Positions 28,087 to 41,333 of a DNA stretch of 64,000 nucleotides are shown piece by piece. The stretch comes from the human T2T-CHM13v2.0 reference genome, Homo sapiens. The position numbers were made by a program, and so were the translations under genes. How positions within the stretch are numbered: position 1 is the first letter of the stretch; each line of letters starts with the position of its first letter. The stretch is taken from assembly GCF_009914755.1 (NCBI RefSeq), contig NC_060934.1; one strand, given 5' to 3'. The notes beneath the pieces were generated by a model. The model was not told the DNA's origin. It did not search any database and saw only the letters and a program-made list of their open reading frames with translations.

Positions 28087-28253
28087 TTACTTTATTGCTG
28101 TAAAATACACATATAAAATTTGCCATCATAACCATTGTCTAGTGCACAGTTTAGTGGTATGAAGTACATCCATGTTGTACTTGGTGGCAATCATCACTAC
28201 CATCTACCTCCCGACTCTTTGCATCTTGCAAAACTGAAACTCTATACCTATTA

Positions 28254-29326
28254 TTTATTGAAAATTTCAATTTGTATTTTAGATTCAGGGAGTACATGTG
28301 CAGGATTGTTACAAGGGTATATTTCATAATGATGAGGTTTGGGGTAGGACTAAACCCATCACCCAGGTAATGAGCACAGTACCCAATAAGTAGTTTGGCC
28401 TCCCTTGCCTCCCTCCTTCCTCCTCTCTCCTGTAGTGACCAATATCTATCGTTCCCACCTTTATGTCCATGTGCACCCAATGCAATGTTCAGCTCCCACT
28501 TATAAGTGAGAACATGTGGTATTTGGTTTTCTGTTTGCCTTTTAATTTGCTTAGGATAATGGCCTCTGGCTGCACCCACGTTGCTGGAAAGGATATGATT
28601 TCATTCTTTTTTTATGGCTGTGTAGTATCCCATGATGTATATGTAACTTTATCTAGATATGTCAACTTATGTAAATTTGTAAATTTTCTTTATTGAAGTC
28701 ACCATTGATGGGCACCTAGGTTGATTTCATGCCTTTGCTATTGTGAATATGCCTCAATAAACATAGGAGTGCATTTGCCTTTTTGGTAGAACAATTTATT
28801 TTCCTTTGGGTATATACCCAGTAATGGGATTGCTGGTGTGAAATGGTATCTTATTGTAGTTTTGATTTGCATATTTCTGATGATTAGTGATGTTGAGCAT
28901 TTTTTTGTGTTTGTTGGCTGCTTGTGTGTCTTTTGAGAAGTGTCTGTTCATGTGCTTTGCCCACTTTTTAATGGGGTTTTATTTTTTGCTTAATTGTTTA
29001 AGTTCCTTATCATTTCTGGATATTAGACCTTTGTTGGATGTGTAGTTTGCAAATATTTTCTCCCTTTCTGTAGGTTGTCTGTTTACTCTGTTGATAGTTT
29101 ATTTTGCTGTTCAGAAGCTCTTTAGTTTAATTTGGTCCCATTTGTCAAATTTTGTTTTTATTGCAATTTTTTTTTGAGGACTTAATCATTAATTCTTGCA
29201 AAGGCTGGTGCCCAGAAGGATATTTCCTAGGTTTTCTTCTAGTATTTTTATAGTTCTAGGTCTTAAATTTAAGTCTTTAATCCATCTTGAGTTAATTTTT
29301 GCATATAGTGATAGGTAGGAGTCCAG
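28254..29326 (-). mobile_element. Older L1PA (L1PA15/16-like) 3' fragment
   Basis: tttagattcagggagtacatgtgcagg 3' end; TSD tgaaactctatacctatta (28235-28253) / tgaaactctgtacctgtta (29327-29345). Confidence 0.85.
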
Positions 29327-29707
29327 TGAAACTCTGTACCTGTTACACAATAACTCCTCATTCCTTTCTCCTGCTAGCCCCTGACAACCACTATTCTTCT
29401 TTCTGTGTTTATAATTTTGACTACTGTAGGTACCTGATATAAGTAGAATCATGCAGTATTTGTCTTTTTTGTGACTGCCTTATTTCACATAGTATAATAA
29501 CCTCAAAATGTACCTGTGTTGTAGAATGTGTCAGAGCTTTCTAACTTTTTAAGGTTCTGTGATATTCCACTGTAAGTACATATATACCACATTTTGCTTA
29601 TTCATTCATTCATTGTTGGACATGTGGTTTGTTTCCATGTTTTAGCCATTGCAAATAATGCTGCAATGAAAATGGATATACAAATATCTCTTTGAGACCC
29701 TGGTTTC

Positions 29708-30549
29708 TTTTTTAAAAAATCTTTTAAGTTCAGGGGTACATATGCAGGTTTGTTATATAGGTAAACTTGTTTCATGGGGGTTTGTTGTACAGATTATTTC
29801 ATCACCCGGGTATTAAGCCTAGTACCCATTAGCTATTTATACAGATCCTCTCCTTCCTCCCTCCATTCTCAGATAGGTCCTAGTGCTGTTGTTTCTCTCT
29901 ATGTGTCCATGTGTTCTCATCATTTAACTCCCACTTGTAAGTGAAAACATGCAGTATTTGGTTTTATGTTACTGTATTAGTTTGCTAAGGATAATAGCCT
30001 CCAGCTCCACCCATGTTCCTGCAAAGGACATGATCTCATTCTTTTTTATGTCTGCATAGTATTCCATGGTGTATATATACCACATTTTATTTATCCATTC
30101 TACAATTGATGGGCATTTAGGTTTATTCTATGTCTCTGCTATTGTGAATAGTGCTGCAATGAACATACATACGCATGTGTCTTTATGATAGAATGACTTA
30201 TATTCCTCTGTGTATACACCCAGTAATGGGATTGCTGGGTCAAACGGTATTTCTTTTTTCAGGTCTTTGAGGAATCACCACACTGTTTTCAACAATGGCT
30301 GAACTAATTCGCACTCCCACCAACAGTGTGTAAGCATTCTTTTTTCTCCACAACCTCACCAGCATCTGTTATTTTTTTGCCTTTTTAGTAATAGCCATTC
30401 CGACAGGTGTGAGATGATATATCGTTGTGGTTTTGATTTGCATTTCTCTAATGATCAGTGATGTTGAGCTTTTTTTCTTATGGGTGTTGACCACATGTAT
30501 GTCATCTTTTGAAAAGTGTCTGTTCATGCCCTTTGCCCACTTTTTAATG
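29708..30549 (-). mobile_element. L1PA13-like 3' fragment
   Basis: cttttaagttcaggggtacatatgcaggtttgttatataggtaaac 3' end; TSD gagaccctggtttc (29694-29707) / gagaccttgccttc (30550-30563). Confidence 0.85.
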
Positions 30550-30736
30550 GAGACCTTGCCTTCAGTTCTTTGGGGTATATACTAACAGGTGGAATTTCTG
30601 AATCATATGGTAATTCTATTTTCTTTTTTTAGAAACAATCATTTTTTTACAGTGACTATAGTATTTTGCATTCTCATCAACAGTGCACAGGGTTCCAATT
30701 TCTCCAAATCCTTACCAACACTCAATATCTTTGGGG

Positions 30737-30845
30737 TTTTTATACTTTTAAGTTCAGGGATACGAGTGCAGGTTTATTACACAGGTAAACTTGTGTCATG
30801 GGGATTTGTTGTGCAGATTATTTAATCATCCAGGCATTAAGCCTA
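30737..30845 (-). mobile_element. Very short L1PA13-like 3' end fragment
   Basis: cttttaagttcagggatacgagtgcagg...ggcattaagccta, homologous to 29721-29821. Confidence 0.8.
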
Positions 30846-31927
30846 TTTTTAATAGATGTCATCCAAATGAGTGTGAGGTGGCACCTCATTGTAGTTTTGA
30901 TTTGCATTTCCCTAATGATAAGTATGTTGAGCATCTTTTCATGTGCTTATTGATCACTTGTATATCTTCATGGGAGTAATGTCTATTTAAGTCTTTTGCC
31001 CTTTTGGAATCAAGTTATTTTTTAGATTGGGTTTCAGAAGTTCTTTGTATGTTCTGAATATTAATCCCTTATCAGATATATGATTTGAAAATATTTTCTC
31101 CAATTGCCTGTGTTGCCTTGTTGCTCTGTTGATAGTGTCCTTTGATGCACAAAAGTTTTTAGTTTTTATGAAGTCCAATTGGTTTTCATTTTATTGCCTT
31201 GCCTTTGATGTCATATGCAAGAAATTCTTGCCAAATCCAAGATTGTGGAGCTTTTACCCAATGTTTTCTTCTAAGAGTTTCACAGATTTATCTCTTAGCT
31301 TTAAGTCTTTGATCCATTTTGATTTAATTTTTGTATAAGGTAGATAAGGGTCTAACTTCATTCCTTTGCATATGCATATCCAGTTTTCAAAAATTTGTTG
31401 AAAAAATTCTTCTTTCTCTGCTGAATGGTCTTGACAACCTTATTGAAATCATTTGACCATATAAGCAAGAGGTTATTTCTGGGCTCTCTGTTATGTTTAA
31501 TTGGTCTATGTGTCTGTTTTCAGGCCAGTATCATGCTATTTTGATTGCTATAGCTTTGTACTAAGTTTTGAAATCAGGAAGTGTGAATCCTTCAGGGTTT
31601 TTTTTCCTTTTTTAAGATTGTTTTGGCTATTTTGGGTCCCTTGAGATTCCATATGAATTTTAGGATGGATTTTCTATTGCAGAAAAAATGATCATTGGAA
31701 TTTTTATAAGGATTGCATGAATCTCTAGATGACTTTGGATAATATTGACATTTTAATAAAATTTTCTTCTTATCCATGAACATGGAATGTGTTCCATTTA
31801 TTTATGTCTTTTTAAACTTCTTTTGGCAATATTTTGCAGTCTTCATCATACAAGTCTTTCATTTCCTTTGTTAAGTTAATCTCTAAGTATTTTATTGTTT
31901 TTCATGCTATTATAAATGGAATTGTTT

Positions 31928-33467
31928 CCTGACTTTTTAATGATTGCCATTCTAACTGGTGTGAGATGGTATCTCATTGTGGTTTGGATTTGCATTTCTC
32001 TGATGGCCAGTGATGATGAGCATTTTTTCACGTGTCTTTTGGCTGCATAAATGTCTTCTTTTGAGAAGTGTCTGTTCATATCCTTTGCCCACTTGTTGAT
32101 GGGGTTGTTTTTTTCTTGTAAATTTGTTGGAGTTCATTGTAGATTCTGGATATTAGCCCTTTGTCAGATGAGTAGATTGCAAAAATTCTTTCCCATTCTG
32201 TAGGCTGCCTGTTCACTCTGATGGTAGTTTCTTTGGCTGCACAGAAGCTCTTTAGTTTAATTAGATCCCATTTGTCAATTTTGGCTTTTGTTGCCATTGC
32301 TTTTGGTGTTTTAGACATGAAGTCCTTGTCAATGCCTATGTCCTGAATGGTATTGCCTAGGTTTTCTTCTAGGGTTTTTATGGTTTTAGGTCTAACAAAC
32401 ATTTAAGTCTTTAATCCATCTTGAATTAATTTTTGTATAAGGTGTTAAGGAAGGGATCCAGTTTCAGCTTTCTACATATGGCTAGCCAGTTTTCCCAGCA
32501 CCATTTATTAAATAGGGAATCCTTTCCCCATTTCTTGTTTTTGTCAGGTTTGTCAAAGATCAGATGGTTGTAGTTATGCGGCATTATTTCTGAGGGCTCT
32601 ATTCTGTTCCATTGATCTATATCTCTGTTTTGGTACCCGTACCATGCTGTTTTGGTTACTGTAGCCTTGTAGTATAGTTTGAAGTCAGGTAGCGTGATGC
32701 CTCCAGCTTTGTTCTTTTGGCTTAGGACTGACTTGGCGATGCAGGCTCTTTTCTGGTTCCATATGAACTTTAAAGTAGTTTTTTCCAATTCTAGGAACAC
32801 TTTTACACGGTTGTTGGGACTGTAAACTAGTTCAACCATTGTGGAAGTCAATGTGGTGATTCCTCAGGGATCTAGAACTAGAAATACCATTTGACCCAGC
32901 CATCCCATTACTGGGTATATACCCAAAGGATTATAAATCATGCTGCTATAAAGACGCATGCACACATATGTTTATTGCGGCACTATTCATAATAGCAAAG
33001 ACTTGGAACCAAGCCAAATGTCCAACAATGATAGACTGGATTAAGAAAATGTGGTATATATACACCATGGAATACTATGCAGCCATAAAAAATGATGACT
33101 TCATGTCCTTTGTAGGGACATGGATGAAGCTGGAAACCATCATTCTCAGCAAACTATCGTAAGGACAAAAAACCAAACACCGCATGTTCTCACTCATAGG
33201 TGGGAATTGAACAATGAGAACACATGGTCACAGGAAGGGGAACATCACACACTGGGGCCTGTTATGGGGTGGGGGAGTGGGGAGGGATAGCATTTGGAGA
33301 TATACCTAATGTTCAATGAGGAGTTACTAGGTGCAGCACACCAACATGGCACATGTATACATATGTAACTAACCTGCCTGTTGTGCACATGTACCCTAAA
33401 ACTTAAAGTATAATAAAAAAAAGATAAATAAACAAAAAATTTTATTCGGAATTAAAAAACTAAATAA
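31928..33467 (+). mobile_element. Young L1PA (L1PA3-5-like) with twin-priming inversion (31928-32792 minus, 32792-33467 plus)
   Basis: Perfect 16-bp TSD ataaatggaattgttt (31912-31927 / 33468-33483); 3' end gtaccctaaaacttaaagtataataaaaaaaa; well-preserved ORF2 C-terminal peptides. Confidence 0.95.
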
Positions 33468-35447
33468 ATAAATGGAATTGTTTTCAAAATTTCCCTTTCA
33501 GATTGTTCATTTTTAGTGTATAAAGATGAAATTTATGTTTGTATGTTGACTTTGTATCCCACTTTCTATTATGCTACTTTGCAGAATTCCTTTATTGGTC
33601 CTAACAGAGTTTTTTTTTGTGGTGTGGAATCTTTAGAGTTTTCTACATATAAGAGCATATTACCTGCAAACAGAGGTAATTTTACTTCTTCCTTCCCAAT
33701 TTAGATGCTTTTGATATTTTTTCTTGCCTAATTGTTTTGGCTGTGGCTTCCAGTACTATATTGAATTATTGAATAAAAGTGGTGAAAGTGGGCATCCTTG
33801 TCTTGTCTTTGATCTTAGAGAAACAGCTTTCACTCTTTCACCATTGAGTATGATGTTTTCAGTGGGGTTTTCATATATGGTCTTTGTTAGGTTGAGGTAG
33901 TTTTCTTCTATTTTTTGTTTCTTGGGTGTTTTCATCATATAATTGTGTATAATCTTGTCAAATGCTTATTCTGTTTTAATTAAAATATCCACATTTTCCC
34001 CCTTCTTTTTGTTAATATGGTATATTACAATGATTGATTTTTATATGTAGAGCCATCCTAGCATTCCAGGAATAAATCCCACATAGTTATGATAAATAAT
34101 CCTTTTAATATGCTGCCAAATTCAATTTGCTAATATCTTGTTGAGGATTTTTGCATCAATGTTCATAAGGGGTATTGTTCTGTGGTTTTGTTTTCTTGTA
34201 GTGCCTTTTTCTGTCATTGGTGTCAGGGTAATGCTGGTGCCAGAATGAGTTATGAAGTGTTTTCTCCTCTTCAATTTTCTGGAAGAGTTTGAGAAGGATT
34301 GGTATTAGTTCTTTAAATGTTTGGTAGAACTCACCAGTGAAGCCATCAAGTCAAGGACATTTCTTTGTTGAGAGATTTGGATTACTGATTCAATTTCCTT
34401 AATAACCATAAGTGTTTTTTGATTGTCTAACTCTCTGTGATACAGTCTTGGTAAGTTTTGTGTTTCTAGGTTTTTTTATCTAGGTTTTTATCTAGGAATT
34501 TTATCTAGGTTGTCTAATTTGTTGGCATATATTGCTCATAGAATTCTCTTATAATCTTTTTTATTTTCACAGAATCAGTAATAATGTTCCTATTTTCTTT
34601 CTGATTTGAGCAAACTGAGTCTTCTCTCTCTTTTTTTCTTAGCCTAGCTAAAGGTTTGTCAATTTTGTTGATCTTCTTAAACATTTTTTGGTTTCACTGA
34701 TTTTCTCTATTATTTTTCTATTTACTTATTATTACTATTTTCTATTCATTTATCTCTGCTCTAATCTTTATTATTTTATTCCTTCTGATAGCTCTGAGTT
34801 TAATTTGTTCTTTTTTTTCTAGTTACTTAAGTTGCAAAGTTAGGTTGTTTATTTGGGATCATTCTTGCTTTTTAATGTAAGCATTTATAGTTATAAATTT
34901 CTCCCATAGCACTGCCTTCCCTGTATCCCATATGTTTTGGAATGTTGTGTTTTGTTTTCATTTGTCTCTAAGTATTTTCTTTTTTTTCTTGTGATTTCTT
35001 CTTTGATCCATTGATTGTTTAATAGTGTATTAATTTTTACAAATTGGTGAACTTTCCAGTTTTCTTTCTCTAATTGATTTCTATCTTCATCCTGTTTTGG
35101 TCAGAAAAAATACTTTGTATGATATCATCTTTTAAACATCTGTTAATACTTAATTTGTGACCTAGCTAACCTATGGTCTGTCCTGGAGAATGTCCCGTGT
35201 GCACTTGAGAAGAATGTGTATTCTGTGATTATTGAGTAGAGTGTTCTGTATATGTCTGTCATAACCCTTTGCTTTATTGTGTTGTTCAAATTCTCTATTT
35301 CTTTACTTTATCTTCTATCTGATTCTATCCATTATTGATGATGCTAAAGTCTCTTTATTGTGGAACTGAATTATTTCCTTGTGTCCAATTATTTGTCTTT
35401 TATTCTTTTTTCCCTTTTCAAAAAGTGTGAAGTTTTAAAAATACCCA

Positions 35448-35572
35448 CTAGAATATAAACTCCACGTAGCTGAAGATTTTTGTCTATTGTTCAGTGCTCT
35501 ATTTGTAGTTCAGTGCTCTATCTTTGGTTCTAGTAGTTTGGGATATACTAGGTACTCATTTTGAATGAATGG
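35448..35572 (+). mobile_element. L2 3' end fragment
   Basis: actagaatataaactccac...taggtactcattttgaatgaatgg. Confidence 0.6.
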
Positions 35573-38312
35573 ACATGGGACAGTACAAAATTAATATAGA
35601 AAACACATTGTACCCCCATGCTTTATCAGAATTTGAGATATTACCATATTTGCCCCAGATTTGTCTTTTAAGAAATTAAATATTACAGATAAAGTTGAAG
35701 CCCCCTAGATACCTTTCCTGGATCTTATTCACCTCTCTCCATCCCCAGTGATAGTTGCTGTCAGTAATTTGGTGTTTATCTTTATCATGTAAATTTTTTT
35801 ACTTTGCTACATATTTAGAAATCTCCATAATAATGTATAGCATTTTGATGGATTATAAACTTTATATAAATAAATGACATATTTTACATATTATGATTTT
35901 CTATATTATGTTTTATGAAATTTTTCCTTCTATGTTATATTTATGAAATTAATCCATGTTGATACATGTGGCTCCAGTTCATTCATTTAAATGGTATTTG
36001 TTTTTTGGGGTTTTTTACTTGCTTGTATAAAAATTTGTTTATTCTCCTACTGATGGACATTTAAGTGGCTTCCTGATTTTTGCCATTTCTAGCACTGCTA
36101 CAATGAACATTCATATAAAAGTGTCCTTGCACAGCAATCTTCAAATGTTCCTCTGTGAAGGATCTTTGTTTAGGGCTGGAAAGCTGGTGCATGGGGTATA
36201 CGGAGTTTCATCTCTAGTAGATATTGTCAAATTATTCTCCAAATACTTTGTGCAAATTAACATTCCCAACAGAAATATTTGAGAGTTCACCTTGCTTCAC
36301 ATCCAAGCCACCATTTGGTATCATCAGGCTTTAAGTAATTTTTTTCATCTTATGATGTGAAGTGGCAACTTACTTTTATTTTGCATTTCTCTGTTTACTA
36401 GAAAAAGTTTAACAATGTTTTATAAGTTCACTGGTCATTAGGTAATCCTCTTCTATAGACTGCTATCTGATGTAACTGTCTATTTTTTATTGAGCGATTT
36501 CTCTCTCTCTCTTTTTAATTTGCAGGCAATCATTATATAGGCTGGCAACTAATCCTTTGTCAGCCATATGCATTGTAAATACCTCCTTTTGGTCTAAGTT
36601 TTATCTTAACATTATTTATAGTATCTTTTTTATAAAGAAGTTTTATATTTTAATGGAGCTAAATTTATCAGTTTTTTTTCTTAATTGCTTAGTATATTGT
36701 TCAAGAACTCTCTTTCCACCCTCACGTCTTAAAGATATTCTCATATGCTATTATCTAAATTTTTAAAATGCTGCTCTACACATTTAGTTTTTAATTCGGT
36801 CTGGGGAATGAGGTAAGAATTAAATTTTATCATTTTCCATATGGACAATTAATTGCTCCACCACCATTTTATTACCCCACTGATCTGTAATGCAGCTCTT
36901 GACATATTACATTTCCCTGTATGCATGGGGCTGAGCTCTGTATTCTATTCCACTTGTCATCTTGTCTGTCTCTGTGCCAGAATCACATTGTAGTAATCAC
37001 TATAATTTTACAAAAATTATTCATCTCTTTCTCACCTTGTTCGTCTTCAATTTTTTTTTTTTTTGGCTATTGTTGTCCTTTTCTCTACCATTTAAATATT
37101 AGGGACACTTGTCAAGTTAAATATAAAACTCTGATGGAATTGCATTGGATTTATAAATAAATTTGGAGAGAACTGCCATCTTTATTATAGTGAATCTTCC
37201 TATCCAAAAACATGGTTTTTACTCGGGACTTCTCCATTTATTTAGGACTTCCTTTACTTCAATAATGCTATATATTTTTTCATTATCTTGTATATCTTTA
37301 TTAGATTGCTTCTTAGGTAAATTATAGTCTTTGTTGTCATTGTGAAAAGTATGTTTTTTGTATTGCTTTTCTGGTTACTAGAGTGTTATTGATTATGCTA
37401 TGCTTTGTATCCAAAAATCTAGATCAACTCTCTACTTTTAGAATCGTATATTGGTTAATCATTAGAAATAATACCTCTTAGATTGTATGTGTATGTAAAT
37501 ATGCTTCATATTTCTTTCCAATTCTATACCCTTATGTTTTTATCTGTCTTACTGGATCGACTATAACCTTTAGTACATTACTGAATAGAAGTGGTGACAT
37601 AAAATATCTTTATCTTGTCTCTGACTTTAATGGTAATGCTTCTAAAGTCTCATCAATATGCAGGATTACGTAGATTTTGAATATTAGGTAAATAAAATTC
37701 ACTTCTATTCCTAGTTTAATTTTTTAATTATGATGAATATTAATTTTTCACCAAATGCTTTTTCTGGAGTTACTGAGATAATCATAAGGCTTTTCTTAAC
37801 GTCTAAATATGGTATACCATATCAAAAGATTTTGGAATCTCTTCTTGAAACCACCCTTCCATTCCTGATATGAACCCAACTGGAACACAAACACTGCTGA
37901 TTTTGGTTTGCTACCATTTGAATTAGAATGTTTTATCTCTCTGCTGATAAATGAAATGAATCTACAGTTTTCTTCTCTTATATTTTTTTCTGATCTCAAG
38001 ATTACACTAGGTTTGAAAATAAGCTCTGTGGCTTTTCCTCTTTTCCAGCTCCCTGAAATAATGTACATAAGTTAGAGACTATCCATACCTTGAAGATATA
38101 ACACCTAGCTGTAAAATCATCAGTACCTGGTGGCTTTTTGGTGGGGAAGAGTTTTGGTTGCTGACTTCACTTCTTTAACAGCGATTAGACTATTCATATT
38201 GTCAAATTTTTCATTCAATTAATTTTTGTAATTTATTTTTAAAGAAATTATTTCATCTAAAATTTTAAATTTGTTACTAGTAGTATTTTGTGGTTTAAAA
38301 AAAAATCTCTAT

Positions 38313-38608
38313 CAGGAAAAACAGTGGTTCCCATGGTGGGGTGGGGAGAGGAAGTGAGAGATGTAGGTCAAAGGATATAAAATAGCAAATATGTAGGATG
38401 GACAAGTCTAGAGATTTAATGTGCAACATGAGCACTACAGTTAATAAAATTGTACTGTATTAGGAATTTTTGTTAAGTAGATTTTAGTAGCTATGTAAGA
38501 TGACAAGTATGTTAATCTGCTTCACTATAGTAACCACTTGACTATATGTTTCCTATAATATCCTGTCGCAAATCTCAAATATACACAATAAAATGTATTT
38601 TTAAAAAA
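38313..38608 (+). mobile_element. L1MA8-like 3' UTR fragment
   Basis: gtaggtcaaaggatataaaatagc...aagtctagagatttaatgtgcaacatgag...caaatatacacaataaaatgtattttt. Confidence 0.7.
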
Positions 38609-38880
38609 CACATATATCTATAGGAAAGTCCCCTATTTAGATGCTAGTATTATACATTTGTGCCTTTTGTATTTTTTCTTGATTGTTCTCTTGTTGTTTT
38701 TTTCAAATAAAAAGCTTTTGGTTTTATTTATCCTCTCTATTGCTCCTTTGTTTAATTAATTTCTATTCTTTATTATTTCTTTTCTTCTACATTTCTTGTG
38801 TTTATTTTGCTTTTCTTTTTCTAACTTTTTAATCCAATTGCTAATTTATTTTAACATGTCTTCTTTCCTTCCCTCCCACC

Positions 38881-39159
38881 GAGACGGAGTCTTGCTCTGT
38901 CGCCCAGGCTGGAATGCAGTGGTGCGATCTGGGCTCACTGCAATCTCCACACTCCCAGGTTCAGGCGAGTCTCCTGCCTCAGCCTCCGGAGTAGCTGGGA
39001 TTACAAGCGCGTGCCACCGTGCCTGGCTAATTGTATTTTTAGTAGAGATGAGGTTTCACCATGTTGGCCAGGATGGTCTCGAACTCCTTGACCTCGTGAT
39101 GTGCCCGCTTCAGCCTCCCAAAGTGCTGAGACTACAGGCGTGATCCACTGCGCCTGGCC
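38881..39159 (-). mobile_element. AluSc-like with decayed tail
   Basis: gagacggagtc...gcgcctggcc; ggccaggatggtctcg...gacctcgtgat; TSD-like aacatgtctt / aatatatctt. Confidence 0.92.
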
Positions 39160-39332
39160 AATATATCTTATTTCTTAAAGATGTCATTTTGTGTTATAAA
39201 TTCACCTCTGACTACCATAACTTTAGCCATTTGCTATGTAGTACATTCATTACTGTTTAATGCTAAATGTAATTTCTATTGTGATTTCCCTCTTTAACCT
39301 GTGTTATTCAAGTTTCCAGGCATATTTTTTCC

Positions 39333-39796
39333 TGCTGGATCAAATGGCGGTTCTACTTTTAGCTCTTAGGGAATCTCCACACTGTTTTCCATGATGTTTG
39401 TACTAGTTACATTCCCACCAGCAATGCAGAAGTGTTACCTTTTCACTGCGTCCTCGCCAACATCTATTTTTTTTTTTTATTATTATAGCCTTTCTTGCCG
39501 GAGTAAGGTGTTATTGCATTGTGGTTTTGATTTGCATTTCCCTGATCATCAGTGATGTTGAACATTTCTTCATATGTTTGTTGGCCATTTGTACATCTTC
39601 TTTTGAGAACTGTCTATTAATGTCCTTAGCCCACTTTTTGATGGGATTGTTATTCTCTTACTAATTTGTTTGAGTTCCTTGTAGATTCTGGGTGTTAGTT
39701 CTTTGTTGGATGTATAGATTGTGAAGATTTTCCCCCACTCTGTGTGTTGTATGTTTACTCTGCTGACTGTTCCTTTTGCCATGCAAAAGCTCTTTA
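39333..39796 (-). mobile_element. L1PB-like internal fragment, no 3' end or tail
   Basis: tgctggatcaaatggcggttctacttttag...gccatgcaaaagctcttta; ORF 39570-39803 resembles the ORF2 C-terminus. Confidence 0.75.
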
Positions 39797-40834
39797 CATT
39801 CATTTTTAAAAGAATATCCTGTAATGATAGTTTATGATTGGTTACTTGTCTAAGTCTTTGTGATTATAAAAATGTCCTAATTTTATGCATTTTAATAGTT
39901 TTGCTTGGTATAAAATTCTCAATTGAAAGTTAATTTCTCTCAGCCCAGGAAGATAATCACTGTCTTCTTACATCTTAAGTCCACTGTCCATCTATTGAGT
40001 GTTCCTTTGCATGGAATCTGTTATTTCTGATAGCTTTTAATATTTGCCTCTTCTTTGTTGATGTTCTTCAATTTTACTATGTTGTACATTTATTTTTATT
40101 TATCCTGCTTGCTACTAGTGTGCTTTTAATCAGAGTACTCCTGCCATCTTACAATTCTGGAAATTCTCAGCTCTTATTTTATCATATATTGCTCCTCCAT
40201 CCCCCTTTGCTGTCACTCCTATTAGGCACATATTATAGAACTTACATCACTCTATCAAAATCCCTACTCTTGCCCACAAGGTTGTACCAATAATGTTTTG
40301 CCATCATTCTAAATGGAAAATTAAAAGAAAATGTAAAGAAATGTTTATATTTTCCTAATGAAAAATGCTAATTCAGAAATACAATGTGTCACATTTGTAT
40401 TTCAAACCAAGGAAAGACTATAAGATTACTGCAAAATCCTGTGTACTATATTACACTACAAGGCTAAAAATATAATTACACATTGAATTTGATAAATAAA
40501 AAATCAGAAAGATTCTTGAGACCTGAAATTTATAAGTGACAATAACATCACTTATCTCTAACTTCAAACTAGTTATATGACATTTTTAATTGTTGAAACC
40601 TGAAGTCATTAAAAATTTGTTGGTACATGTTTATAGAAGCATGTATTAATTCTATTTGTGTTTGTCTATGGGTATACGTATATATATTTGTGTGTACATA
40701 TATATATATATAAATCTTATATAAAATAACACACTCCAGCAGTCCTAACTTAAGTTTTCTTTATAACCATAATTATTTCATACCAATTTTTAAATACCAA
40801 TGATTATTAAACAACAATATATTGCCACCTGATA

Positions 40835-40972
40835 TATTGTTTGTCTATTTTCTTCCTCTAAAATGTCAACTCCATGAGGGTAGAAACTTAATCTTTTTTG
40901 GTCATTACTGTATTGCCTGGAACACTTCCTAACATGTAGTACTAATTCCTTAAATATTTGTTGAGTGAATGG
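40835..40972 (+). mobile_element. L2 3' end fragment
   Basis: aactccatgagggtag...ttaaatatttgttgagtgaatgg. Confidence 0.7.
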
Positions 40973-41333
40973 TAACATTTTTATATGTTCCAGACCTAAA
41001 TTTGAGTTAAAATTGAGCAAGAGAGAGACTTCCATGAAATATGCGAACTAGAAGGGTTACAGGTAAACTGTGGGTCCAGATGGATCGTAAAGTTGAGGAG
41101 TGTGGAGTGTGTGGCTGAGAGAGGTGGAACAAATTAGGCAACGCCACAAGTCAGAAGACTCAAAGAGTGTGTAGTTCTGGCCATGACCGAGGTCAACTGA
41201 GGAAAGTTAGGAGAGGAAAGCTGGCCAAATTTTGGGGGTGTACAAACTTGTTCAAGATTAAGCCTGCAAGCTTAGATGCAAGCATATAAAGAATCTGATG
41301 GATGGCTGCTCCAATAGAAACACCCTACATGGG

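Larger units (their letters stand above)
28095..35390 (-). mobile_element. Old L1MB-type host element (3' UTR to ORF2 endonuclease region) split by four younger L1 inserts
   Basis: L1MB 3' end (aaatttgccatcataaccatt...gcaaaactgaaactctatacc) resumes colinearly after each insert; ORF2-like peptides at 30987-31178, 31592-31783, 33756-33938. Confidence 0.8.
35600..40250 (-). mobile_element. Highly diverged L1ME-type element with later inserts
   Basis: Antisense L1 3' UTR and ORF2 remnants (ctactgatggacatttaagtggcttcc; aaatttggagagaactgccatctttattatagtgaatcttcc); boundaries approximate. Confidence 0.6.

Noticed and set aside
33266-33286. G-quadruplex motif
   Set aside because: Standard G-rich tract of the L1PA 3' UTR.
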